64,000 bases of DNA, from assembly GCA_024346625.1 (NCBI GenBank), contig AP024666.1:620001-684000 (forward strand), read 5' to 3'. Positions 33,618 to 44,730 of the stretch are shown here, in pieces. Origin of the DNA: Williopsis jadinii. Lineage: Eukaryota. Position 1 is the stretch's first letter. Every line of letters starts with the position of its first letter. A program made the translations under genes and the position numbers. The notes beneath the pieces are model-generated. The model ran no database searches. It was not told the DNA's origin and was given only the letters and a program-made list of their open reading frames with translations.

Positions 33618-36364
33618 TTAGTGGTTCCACATGTCTGTAGGTGGCTTTGCGTCCATATGGTCAGCATCTGTCATGAACAAGGAGTAGAAGTCTTGATCCT
33701 GATGGTGATGTGCAGCTGGGGTGCCTGTTCTCGAGTTGATAGAGGAATTGACAGTTGAATTCATCGTACGGGAGAAATCAGCAGCGTTATGCGTGAACAG
33801 AGGCGCTGGACGCGGTGGTATCTCATCTGACATGTTGGCGTAGACATTTGTGTTGCTTGTCATTTGAGTGTTCTGGAGGTTTGGTGCAGCAGGCGTGCCC
33901 ATCTCCATCAAGCTGGTGTTCACATTCACAGCTTGTTGCGGCCAGTTGGCAACATTAGTCGGCGTTTCAATACTGGCAATGTCAGAGGGAAGTAGACCCC
34001 ATAGCTCGTTAATGCCAGCGTTGAGTGCAATATCAGTGAAGTCTACATCTGGTAAGATATCAGATTCAACTTTGATCTTGCCATCACCGTTTGAAGGACG
34101 TGGTAACGAAGTGTCGCCGCTAAAGGAAGCCCCGCTAGCCCCACAGTTCGCTTGATTATTGTCATCAGCAGATTGCTCACCGAGGTATTGGCCACACATG
34201 CTATCAATGACCGTAATGAACTTATTTGCTAATGAGTTATCCCTTGCAAGACATCTCAGAACTTGTTTTGCCAGAATGATGTCCGATTTCCAACCAACGG
34301 CATGCTTAGACTTTGGATCAGAACGGAGGCAGACCACAGAGACCAGAGAGGCATGAAACAAGAAGAACGTTGCATACCAACTAGTAATGACGGTGACTTT
34401 ATGATTCTCGACAAATTCAGCCACAGACAGGATGGTTTCGTGAGTCACATCCATACATATGACACGGCACTGCTTACCTTCAGGAGATTTGGCCAATTCC
34501 AGCATGGCAGGATTTTGAACACCAACAACACGTTGTAATACAAACGCTCTCATCAGGATCAGCTGTAAATTCTTGTATCTCCAGATCAATCTGTATCTTG
34601 TGAATGCCAGCCATTCGGGAACTCCATTTTCACCAGGTATTTGAGAAGCCGATTCAGCTATGGATTTATCTTCAGAAAAGTATTTTGGCAGCTCAGAGAC
34701 AAATTTGGTTATACGATCATTCATTGCAAGGCATTCGTGGGTTCCAGGTCTTGGTGTTGATATGAGTCTGTTGTAAATTTCTGTTGAGATGATTGTGAAT
34801 CTTGCTTGCCATATCAGTCCTGAATATATCGTTGGATATTCAACCACTCTTAATTCCTTGTTATTACTTCCCATCATGATTTGATCGTCATCATCAATAT
34901 TTGAAACTTCGTTGATGTCCATCATCTGCGCATCTGGTAAATTTACTGGTCTTCCAAACGTGATTGCTGCACCTCCATCAAATATGTACAAACCCCACCA
35001 GATTCTTCTTCTCATCTCCAATTGTAATTGTTGTTTAGAACTAGACCAGTTTGCAAACTCCTTGTACAATCCAAGACCCATTGCCATTCTCACAGCCAAA
35101 CCTAAATAATTCCAACCAGTATTCGGTTTATTTCTCTTTTGAGCATAGTTACTCAACAGCGTCAAAGCCAGTAATAGCGGTATGCTTCCAGATTCAAACA
35201 CGTAGGAAGATAGATATGATTTCGCATTTTGGTAGTAGTGAAGATCAAAATTTGAAGATTCACCGTGCAAACACCAGGCACCCAATGCCAGCACGGCATT
35301 CAATAGTATTTGCCAAATGTCATTATTTGGAATTGGGATTTCATCCCTATACTGAGCCAAAAATGTCTCCTTGTGTATGAATGGGTAAGAGCTGTGGTAG
35401 TTTTCAAAATATGAGTCAATGAACTCGTTTGTTAGGTACTTTGCAGTCAATGACACAGTCGAATCCAAATCTGGCAAAGTCTTTGAGTTACTTCTCGAGT
35501 CAGATGCATTAGTATACACGGATTCATCCATATCTCTATCCTGTGAAGGCTTCCGTAGAGCTCGAACAATAACTGCACTTGACGCAACGCCGAAATAGCC
35601 CTTATTAGAGGGGTCAACACTTAAAGCAGCCATTCCGTCATTTAAGGCATCGATATCTTCTTCGTTCCAGTCAAACCCATAGATTGCATCATCCGGAACG
35701 TCATCCTCTGGGATCTCAGGGTATTCTGAGCTCTGTGTACGTCTCAAAGGCTGCTGTGTCACTGGTGATTGAGGCTCGGAGGTCTGTTGCCTTGGCGTGG
35801 AAATCCTTGCAACCTGACGGCTCAGAAGTTTGTCGATATCCACTTCTGGCAGCAGCTCGTGTATGATAGCTTCCAAACCACGCACCCTATTCTCCACTTT
35901 TGTCAAATGGATTCTCGTTAGCGGACTTCTAACTACCCTTGGCGAGTAGTTACACTCCCAGTTGTGTTGCTGACACTTGGAGCACTTGGGGAGGTCTTTG
36001 GAACATTTCAGCTTCCTCTTTCGGCACGAGTCACACTGATGCTAGCGTTAGTACATCAACGTTCTAAAAAACACACACACACATCCGCAGACACAGCTCC
36101 TCTACTGTTCTCTTCGTCCGCTATTGCTTTGATATTTGCAACTTTCACGTCCATCGTGGCGATCCTCATGGAGTCCGAGCCCTTCACAGAGCCCTAAACC
36201 CATACCACACGGGAAAATCAAAACAGAACACCGAAAAACACAAAAACGAAAACGAGAAATCAAAACAGAAAAAAAAAAGAAAAGACAGAAGAGAGACAGT
36301 GACAGAGGAGAGAAAGTGGTGGTGTTGAATCACATACCGCTTGTTCTATGAATACCGCCTTCAT
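33618..36364 (-). CDS. GAL4: Zn(II)2Cys6 transcription factor Gal4 (full length, ~814 aa), 1 intron
   Basis: Exon1 36364-36338 (MKAVFIEQA), intron 36337-36036 (GTATGT..TACTAAC..CAG), exon2 36035-33618 beginning [50 protein letters not shown]; fungal TF middle domain; syntenic with GYP5. Confidence 0.93.
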
Positions 36365-36899
36365 ATGGTTCATAGTAATTGATTGCGCCTAAAGAGGGAT
36401 TAGAAGAAAGACTGGACTTTTTTCGTTTTGCTTTTTGTTTTTCTTTAAATTTGTCCAGTTTGATGGTAATGGGGGATCCAAAATTAATAAAACCCGGTGG
36501 TATGCGCAATAAAAAAACACACAGGCGAAAAAAATTTAGCTTTGCGTCACCGTAGAAGCAGCGCGAACCACCAGTGAAAAAAAAAACACAGCAGTGCACC
36601 TGGTGGAGTTTTTGTAGTACGCGCGGACCCAGTGGCGTTAAAACACAAACAGCTTTTCCCGGCAGCGCGGGAAGATTGGGCGGGAAATTTATTTCCCACG
36701 TTGGTAACGCTCAGAAGAACAAGGAAGATAAAGGTAGGGCGCATTTATGACGCAAAAATCGGTTCCTGGGCTGCTTCCATTCAGCGTATACAGCGTGTGA
36801 CCCTCACTTTATGCTTCTTGTGTCATGTTTTTCAGAGATCTTTGATAACACAGCGTATCAGTAAGGATGACTCTCGATGCCTGGTGTTGGCAGATGTGC

Positions 36900-36932
36900 G
36901 TGGAGTTAAAGGGTGGAGTTAAGGGGTGGAGT
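36900..36932 (+). promoter_or_regulatory. Three GTGGAG (Mig1-type SYGGRG) copies at 13-bp period in the GAL4/MID1 divergent promoter
   Basis: gtggagttaaagg gtggagttaaggg gtggagt read directly from the sequence. Confidence 0.45.
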
Positions 36933-37198
36933 GAACCCAGCGTGGTTTTAGCGCCAGTGAGTTTGATCCTTTCAAACTGTGCACGAGGAACTTTAAACGG
37001 CGTTGCAGACACATGGTACAGGACACACGCTTATATCCGGGGGTAAACGTGGTCGGAAATCGCAGCGGGCTATTCTTAACATTTTATATGCCTACACCGC
37101 ACACACACTACGAAGGGTCTTTGCACGCAATAAGAAAGCCTTGTTCGCTACATTGGGCACACGATCTGTGAAGGAGAAGAGGTGGAGGGGCTCTAGGG

Positions 37199-38812
37199 AT
37201 GATATACACACTGCCTGTGCTGTTTGTAACTGTGGTGCTGTCCCAGCTGGTGGTTCAGGACTTTGAGAGGGACTGGCAGTACAAAATTGGTGTTGAAGAT
37301 ATGGGCGAGATGCCTTCGACTCGGTACCCGCAGACTCAAAACCGCCTACCACTGGTACCCCGAGATACACTGGATGCGGATGATTTTGCGAATGCAATCG
37401 AGATGACCGACGGATCGCCCGTGGAGGTGTCTATAGGACCAGGTGAACATGCTCTATACAGGTTTGATTTCACGACGCCGAACGTGTCGTACATATCCTT
37501 GCACTACTTCACTGCAAACGTTATTGAATACCCGTTGAACATGTCACGGCTTGTGAGTGATGAGGCACTCGATGATCTGTTCGGACTAAACCTGTACATA
37601 AATGATACAACGTACGCAGTGACGGAGTTCTTTGAAGAAGGGTATGCATCTGATATAGTATACTACTCAAACAACTACGTTGCACTGAATGGGACCATTT
37701 ACGTCGAGCCCTATTTCCAAACAACCAGTCGATACTTTGATCAGACTGACCAGGCAAAGTTTACATTTGGATTCTCCAGCTCTGAGCTGATCTATCAGTG
37801 GGATAATGGAACTCTAGCAGATGTTGTCGATACCGACGGATCATCAGCTTTTTTACAATCTTCACGTTATAATGTCAGTGCGGACAGTCTCTACAGAATA
37901 ATGAACGAGACTGGTTTCTTAAAGCTCCATGTGTTTGATGAAGATGGATTTGGGAAAGTTGCTGGTCTGTTAAAGAGCTGGGCAGCTGTAACAGCGGCCC
38001 AGACTGTCATTTCTGATGATTTAATCCAAGTTGGATACAGAAACTTGAGTGGTTCTTACAGATTACAACTTTACGTCGAAGGGCTGGACCCATCAACGAC
38101 CTACTACTCAATCCTGACCTTTGGCCTGGGGAACTCAGGAGGAAGTGGTACTGTTTATAGTCCACGGAAGTTTACAACACAGGAAGGCGGTGTTTGCGAA
38201 TTTATCTATGACCTGGAATTCTGTTCAAATGTGGCATACTCAGTGCCACGTTCAAACTTGACTGACAATAACCGAGATCTCAAACTGTTATATGATGCCT
38301 ATGCTGCTGCGATATATGCAAATTTCTCCTTATTAATGCAACAGGTGTCCTGTGATGTTAGTCTTGACTCAAGGTATTCCCCAATAGTGACCTGCGAGGA
38401 TTGCGAAGAAGCGTACAAGAACTGGCTATGCTCTGTAACTATACCTCGTTGCACAACGAACAGTTCATCTTATTTTATCAGGAGAGAGGCAGGCGAAATG
38501 CGTACAGAGGAGTTACAGAACTTGATACAACCTCAGAGGAGCTATTATGAGGTGTTACCATGTATTGACATGTGTAACGAGATAGTGAGAACTTGTCCAG
38601 CAAGCTTTGGATTTCAGTGTCCTCAGAACAATGATACAATCCTTATGATGAGCTACAACTACTACAATAGTGACACGTCATATGATACTTGTAACATTGT
38701 TGGCGACGCAGTGTTACAGTTAGCCAAACCAGATGACAGTTCAGCTCAAAGAGTTCTCCAGGATAAGAAACTATGGGGTCTGATTGCATTTACCACTCTA
38801 TTAGTTTTATGA
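37199..38812 (+). CDS. MID1: Ca2+ channel component Mid1
   Basis: Signal peptide, many N-glycosylation sites, Cys-rich C-terminus 'FCSNVAYSVP', 'YKNWLCSVTIPRC', 'YYEVLPCIDMC'. Confidence 0.93.
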   Translation: MIYTLPVLFVTVVLSQLVVQDFERDWQYKIGVEDMGEMPSTRYPQTQNRLPLVPRDTLDADDFANAIEMTDGSPVEVSIGPGEHALYRFDFTTPNVSYISLHYFTANVIEYPLNMSRLVSDEALDDLFGLNLYINDTTYAVTEFFEEGYASDIVYYSNNYVALNGTIYVEPYFQTTSRYFDQTDQAKFTFGFSSSELIYQWDNGTLADVVDTDGSSAFLQSSRYNVSADSLYRIMNETGFLKLHVFDEDGFGKVAGLLKSWAAVTAAQTVISDDLIQVGYRNLSGSYRLQLYVEGLDPSTTYYSILTFGLGNSGGSGTVYSPRKFTTQEGGVCEFIYDLEFCSNVAYSVPRSNLTDNNRDLKLLYDAYAAAIYANFSLLMQQVSCDVSLDSRYSPIVTCEDCEEAYKNWLCSVTIPRCTTNSSSYFIRREAGEMRTEELQNLIQPQRSYYEVLPCIDMCNEIVRTCPASFGFQCPQNNDTILMMSYNYYNSDTSYDTCNIVGDAVLQLAKPDDSSAQRVLQDKKLWGLIAFTTLLVL

Positions 38813-38868
38813 AATGGTATATTTAACGTTCATTTTATTCGTCTTGTACTTTATAAATGTTGTCGTAG

Positions 38869-41800
38869 TTAGGATTCATTAGCAACCTCTTCAACAGAAG
38901 GACAGGTACACATCAGGTTCAAATCACCATAAGTATCATCCAACCTGGCAACTGGTGGCCAGAACTTGTGTGTTTTCAGATATGGAAGTGGATATACTGC
39001 TTGTTCTCTTGTGTATCCTCTGGACTCCCAATCGTTGGAGGAAACCAAATCACTTAATGAATGTGGTGCATTCTTCAAAACTTGACCCAATGGTTCCCCA
39101 GCAATGAGTGCTTCGATTTCCCCCTTGATAGAAATTAGGGCATCGCAGAATCTGTCCAATTCCTGCTTGTTTTCAGATTCTGTAGGTTCAATCATCAGAG
39201 TACCTGGGATTGGGAAGGCCAATGTTGGAGCATGGAAACCATAATCCTGTAATCTCTTTGCAACATCAATAGCTTCAAGACCTTTGTTCTTGAAACTTCT
39301 CAAGTCCAAGATGAATTCATGACCACAGAACTTGATGTCATCAGACCCGACAAATGCAATATCGTAGTGTTCTTTCAACCTGTTCATCATGTAGTTGGCA
39401 TTCAAAATGGCAATGGAAGTACTGAATGGAAGACCAGCACCACCCAACAACTTGATATAACTGTATGAGATTGGCAAAATGGATGCAGAACCATATGGGG
39501 CTGAAGAAACAGAGTCAATGGACTTTTCAGTCTGACCTTCAATGGCAATAACTTCATGCTTTGGCAAGAATTGCTCAAGATGTTCAGCAACACAGATTGG
39601 ACCAACACCTGGACCACCACCACCGTGTGGGATGGCAAATGTCTTGTGCAAGTTCAAGTGACAAACGTCAGCACCCAAATCGCCTGGAGATGTGAGACCT
39701 ACTTGAGCATTCATATTGGCACCATCCAAGTACACTTGACCACCGTTGGCATGAACAAGATCGATGGCAGTCTTAACACCTGGTTCAAACAAACCGTATG
39801 TTGATGGGTATGTGATCATGATAGCAGCTAAATTGTCCTTATGTTTTGCAACTTTATCCTCAAGATCGACAAGGTCAAGAGAACCATTGCTCAAACACTT
39901 CACTGGAACAACCTTGAAGTTGGACATAGCAGCAGAAGCAGGGTTTGTACCATGAGCAGAAACAGGAATCAAACAAATGTTACGATGTTGTTCACCCCTA
40001 GACTCCAAGTAAGCTCTGATGACTTTCAGGCCGGTAAATTCACCTTGAGCACCAGAGTTTGGTTGAAGTGTTGTGGCCTTGAAACCAGTAATGTTAGCCA
40101 AGTCACTCTCAAGCTCTTTGATCAACTCAGCATAACCTTGGGCTTGGTCTTTTGGAATGAAGGGATGCAATGCACCAAACTCTGGCCATGAAATTGGAAG
40201 CATCTCAACAGTACCATTCAACTTCATGGTACACGAACCAAGGGCAATCATGGAGTTGGCAAGAGACAAATCCCTGGATTGTAAATGGTGCAAATATCTG
40301 AGCATTGCAGTTTCAGAATGATGAAGGTTGAACACTGGGTTCGTCAAGAACTTGTCAGTTCTGATACGAGTCTTTGGAAAGACTGGGAATTGGGAAATTG
40401 CTTGCGTATCAATAGTAGCACCAGTGAATAACTCCACAAGGTCCTTCAAGTCCTTCTCAGTAACAGTTTCATCCAGAGAAAGAGAGACAGTGTTGCTGTC
40501 AACTTTATACAGATTGATTTGGTATTTCTCAACAGCTGTTTTCAAGAGCTCATCAGCGGTGATACCTTCAAGTTTTATGGTCAAGGTGTCAAACCATTTC
40601 TTGTTCAATATGGTATGCTTCTTAGCAACCTCTTCAGCGAGTAACGTTGTGTAACCATATGTTCTTTGAGCAATAAGTCTCAACTTTTCTGGACCGTGGT
40701 AGACAGCAAAGTTGGATGCCATGTTGGCAAGCAATGCCTGAGCAGTACAGATGTTGGAAGTGGCCTTGTCTCTTTTGATATGTTGTTCTCTTGTTTGAAG
40801 AGCCAATCTCAATGCACTGTTACCCAAACGGTCCTTGGAGACACCAACAATTCTTCCTGGAATCTTTCTATTCAATGATTGGATAACGGAAAAGAATCCA
40901 GCATGTGGACCACCGTATCCTACTGGGACACCGAATCTTTGAGATGAACCGAGAGCGATATCAGCGCCAAACGATGATGGTGGCTTGAGCAAAGTCAGCG
41001 CCAAAAGATCCGTAGCCACTGCAAAGAGTCCTTTAGAAGAATGGATGATATCGGCAATCTGTTGCAAATGTGCGTAGTCTGAGATTTCACCAGATGAACC
41101 TGGGTACTGTAACAAGACACCGGACACCTCATTCTTGATGCTTTCCAATTCTTGCACAGCTGAAGGGGATGACAAGTCCAATTGCACAAGCTCAACATTC
41201 AACGGAGCTGCTCTTGTCTTCAAAACGGAAAGGGTTTGTGGGTGGATATCGGAATCAACAACGTACTTCGATTTCTTCTTCTTTGAGTTCGTGAAGGACA
41301 AGGACATTGCCTCAGCAGCGGCAGTACCTTCATCAAGAAGCGATGCATTAGCCACAGGCAACCCTGTCAAGTCAGAGATAACTGTTTGGAAGTTCAAAAG
41401 AGACTCAAGACGTCCTTGAGAGATCTCTGGCTGATATGGCGTGTAAGAGGTGTACCATTCTGGCGATTCCAAGATGTTTCTCTGAATCACTGGCGGTGTG
41501 ATGGTGTTGTAGTAACCCTTACCGATAAAGGATCTGTAGATTTTGTTCTGACCGGCAAACTGTTTGAGACGCTCAATCAGCTGAGACTCCGTGAACCCGT
41601 TTTCCGGCTCAACGTTCAGCTTTCTCTGAACGAGAATGTTCTCTGGAACAACTTCCTTGATGAAGTCCTGCAACTCTGTGTAGCCCAAGGTACCCAGCAT
41701 GTGCTCCACATCGGTGGTGTTTGGGCCCAGATGGCGTCTCTGGAACGTATCTAAAGGCTTCAGGTGGTCAACAGGCAGGGACGACGCACTTAAGGGCTCG

Positions 41801-41925
41801 TAGATCTGGTTGAACTTCGCAGTGGACACGTCGCTCTTCGATGCGATGAGCCGTCTAGCAGCAGCTCTGATAACGAGGGTGCGAGATGAGGATCTCAGGG
41901 CCACTGATGTCACTGCTCTAAGCAT
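38869..41925 (-). CDS. GCV2: Glycine decarboxylase P protein
   Basis: '[14 protein letters not shown]', '[21 protein letters not shown]', PLP lysine 'HLNLHKTF'; mitochondrial presequence. Confidence 0.98.
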   Translation of the reverse strand: MLRAVTSVALRSSSRTLVIRAAARRLIASKSDVSTAKFNQIYEPLSASSLPVDHLKPLDTFQRRHLGPNTTDVEHMLGTLGYTELQDFIKEVVPENILVQRKLNVEPENGFTESQLIERLKQFAGQNKIYRSFIGKGYYNTITPPVIQRNILESPEWYTSYTPYQPEISQGRLESLLNFQTVISDLTGLPVANASLLDEGTAAAEAMSLSFTNSKKKKSKYVVDSDIHPQTLSVLKTRAAPLNVELVQLDLSSPSAVQELESIKNEVSGVLLQYPGSSGEISDYAHLQQIADIIHSSKGLFAVATDLLALTLLKPPSSFGADIALGSSQRFGVPVGYGGPHAGFFSVIQSLNRKIPGRIVGVSKDRLGNSALRLALQTREQHIKRDKATSNICTAQALLANMASNFAVYHGPEKLRLIAQRTYGYTTLLAEEVAKKHTILNKKWFDTLTIKLEGITADELLKTAVEKYQINLYKVDSNTVSLSLDETVTEKDLKDLVELFTGATIDTQAISQFPVFPKTRIRTDKFLTNPVFNLHHSETAMLRYLHHLQSRDLSLANSMIALGSCTMKLNGTVEMLPISWPEFGALHPFIPKDQAQGYAELIKELESDLANITGFKATTLQPNSGAQGEFTGLKVIRAYLESRGEQHRNICLIPVSAHGTNPASAAMSNFKVVPVKCLSNGSLDLVDLEDKVAKHKDNLAAIMITYPSTYGLFEPGVKTAIDLVHANGGQVYLDGANMNAQVGLTSPGDLGADVCHLNLHKTFAIPHGGGGPGVGPICVAEHLEQFLPKHEVIAIEGQTEKSIDSVSSAPYGSASILPISYSYIKLLGGAGLPFSTSIAILNANYMMNRLKEHYDIAFVGSDDIKFCGHEFILDLRSFKNKGLEAIDVAKRLQDYGFHAPTLAFPIPGTLMIEPTESENKQELDRFCDALISIKGEIEALIAGEPLGQVLKNAPHSLSDLVSSNDWESRGYTREQAVYPLPYLKTHKFWPPVARLDDTYGDLNLMCTCPSVEEVANES

Positions 41926-42160
41926 AGTCGACTGAAGGGAAAAGAGATAAAACCTGGCAGAGTAAGTTAACAGCGGAAGCTAACAAAATCAAAGCACAAG
42001 CTACAGAAAACGGGACGCGAGGGAAGATCATCGTCAATTTATATACAAAACTTTTATTGCCCTGCCCATTTCCCCTTGATCCAGAGTTAAAATTCGTGTT
42101 TATTAGACGGGCCCACCACCCCAGCTTTTCGGTCCCTGCCCGTTGTTGATACTGTGGGCC

Positions 42161-42299
42161 GAGTCAGATTACCGCAAAGATTTTTTTTGTTCCTTGCAGC
42201 CGCCCAAACAGTTTTCACATGCGATTGGCCGGAGTCAGGGCGAGGTTGGCACTGCAGACCGTGGGTTTTAGTGCTGGCGGGAGGGTGTACGCGTGACTC
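42161..42299. promoter_or_regulatory. Three TGACTC (Bas1/Gcn4) sites upstream of GCV2
   Basis: GAGTCA at 42161 and 42232, TGACTC at 42294; GCV genes are Bas1/Gcn4 targets in S. cerevisiae. Confidence 0.65.
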
Positions 42300-42384
42300 G
42301 GGAACAGCATAGCTATTAGGTTGTGTAATTATGTATGTGTTGTGCTATAATTGGTGAAGCAGATACGCATCCAAACTGTACAGG

Positions 42385-43653
42385 TTACACTCTAACGGCT
42401 TGCAAGCCCTTGCCTGCGACGACTCCGAACCACTCACCGTCGGAGCTCCAGGAGACGTTGTTGATCTCCATCATATCACCGTACACGCCGCTCGGCAGGC
42501 CTGTGCCGTTTCTCAGACGAGACTCCTTTAGGTCCCACACGAGTGCCTGGCAGTCGTCAGCGCCGGACAACAGCTTGGACTGCGACGGGTGCCATTGTAT
42601 GGTGTTGAGCGGCGAGGAGTGGCCCTTGAGCATCGAGCTTGCATAGCCTGGGTACCTCATGTCGATTATGGCGATGCTGTCGGACCCACCGACAAAAGTG
42701 GCCATAACGTTGGAGTCCGTGTTGGAGGTGGCCAGTCGTAGCAGTGGTAAGCTGTTCATATCATTGGTCTTCCCTGGCATTGCACCAACCTCCTCTGGTC
42801 CACGAGGCTCGTACACGATCGTGGAGTGTTCCAGGCATCTGAGGTCAAACATGCGTACGGAACCGTCGTGCCCAACACTCGCAAAGATATCCGTCGAGCC
42901 CTTTATGAAAGCAACGTCAAAGACTTCGGAATCATGTGCAATCAGCTGTGTCTTTGGATAGATAGGCCTATGTAGGTCCCATACAGTACATGTAGTGTCA
43001 ATACTGCTCGTAATGATGAGGTTTGGGTTAACTTTGTTCCAGTCAAAGGAGGTTAGAGGGGGATGCGATGCTCTTGTGAGGTCATCGCCTTTATTCGCCA
43101 CTGTTGAGTGAGCCACCAAGCGATTATCAGGTGATAGTTCCCAAACGGTTAAGACGTTTGTCGTAGTGACCAGCTTGTTTGATCCTGAAGGGTCCCATTG
43201 TAGTTTAGTCACCGGGAGATCCACTGTGGCATCGGCGAACTTCTTCAGAGAGAGACCGCCACCACCTCTATTTCCATCCACCTGTTCCACCAGCTCAGGC
43301 GACGCTTCTACAATTTCAATCTTGTTGTAAGAGTGTTCTCTGTAGGACGAAACAGCAATCGTGTGAAATGAGTGCTGTTCTGTTGGTTTCCAATCGCTGC
43401 AGAAGAGTGGTCCATGTGATTCATAATAAGCTGAGCGTACGGGCAAAGCCGATAACGGTTGTTGCAGGACTGGGCGTTGTTGTGTTGAAGAGCTAATGTT
43501 TTGATGATGTTGATGTGGATATGCAGCTATTATAGCGGAGAGTATGTGTGTTAGTAGAAGGTTCTTCAAGTAGAGCAAGGAAAAGGTAGATCACTCACGA
43601 GCATTCAATGAGCCCATAGAGAAGGAGCTTCTTTTCTGTTTACTCCAGTCCAT
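42385..43653 (-). CDS. WD40 protein, DCAF7/WDR68/YPL247C family, 1 intron
   Basis: Exon1 43653-43599, intron 43598-43527 (GTGAGT..TACTAAC..TAG), exon2 43526-42385; 'PPLTSFDWN', 'SSIDTTCTVWD', 'KTQLIAHDSEVFDV', 'DLRCLEHSTIVYE'. Confidence 0.92.
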
Positions 43654-44186
43654 ATTTGCAAACGGGTAACAAGTATACGGTGGTGGTATGGAACCCGTTC
43701 TCGATGTATATTCCACTTGGTGGTAATTTCAGGGTCAAGATGTGTCCAAGGTTGCAATTTCAGGGCAAGCACACGTCAAAAAGAAGTGGATTCTCAGCAC
43801 CACGACACAGTACAGTAAAAGTACAATCTGATCACCACGGTATAAACAGTGAGCCCTTGGTAACCAGCTGGATAAATACAAAAAACACACACGAAGTTTG
43901 GAGATTTGATGAATCTGTCAGAAGTTCTGGTTTCCCGTTTTTAAACTTCGATACGAGCCACCATTTGAAGATTATAATTATAAGTATAACATAATTAAAT
44001 TATAATTAAATGAGGTGGTTGGGGACACACCAGAAAACATCAATGCTCTTCAAATTTGACACAAAAGCAAGACAAAATGAGGGAAAAAAGTTAATAAACA
44101 CATTGAAACCGAAATACAATCTTGATCAGAACTCTGGTATCACCACGTGCCATCTTTCTCTCTAAAAAAACTCCATAAGGACCGCA

Positions 44187-44648
44187 ATGGCTGCTCGTAA
44201 CCGTATTCTCAAAGAGCTGAGAGGCTTAGAGAAGGAGACTTTGGACGGGATAAACATCGAGCTAACTGATAATATCTACGTTCTCTTCGCCACAATATCA
44301 GTAGATGGAAACCCGCTGTATAAGGACCAGGTTTACAAGGTGAAGTTTACCATCACAGAGGAATATCCATTCACGCCTCCAGCGTGTATGTTTGTCAAGG
44401 ATATTGATCGGGGAATCGTTTCGATACCAATACATCCACATATATATACAAACGGACACATCTGCCTTGATCTGCTGGGGACCGCATGGACACCGGTTCA
44501 TACCATCAGAAGTATACTGTTATCGCTCCATTCATTCCTGGCCTCGAATACAAGGTCAGAGAGACCGCCAGATGACTCGTCTTATTGTAAACACGCTCCG
44601 AAGAACCCAAAGGACACGAGATTTGTATACCACGATGATACAGTGTAA
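44187..44648 (+). CDS. Ubiquitin-conjugating enzyme E2, UBE2W-like
   Basis: 'HPHIYTNGHICLDLL' (HPH instead of the usual HPN) and C-terminal 'FVYHDDTV', typical of the UBE2W class. Confidence 0.85.
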   Translation: MAARNRILKELRGLEKETLDGINIELTDNIYVLFATISVDGNPLYKDQVYKVKFTITEEYPFTPPACMFVKDIDRGIVSIPIHPHIYTNGHICLDLLGTAWTPVHTIRSILLSLHSFLASNTRSERPPDDSSYCKHAPKNPKDTRFVYHDDTV

Positions 44649-44730
44649 CTTGCAAAACTTGGCACTAAATAGGTTGATAATATTTGGCCTTACATATGCT
44701 GTCATAATATATAATCGAATTCACATTCAC

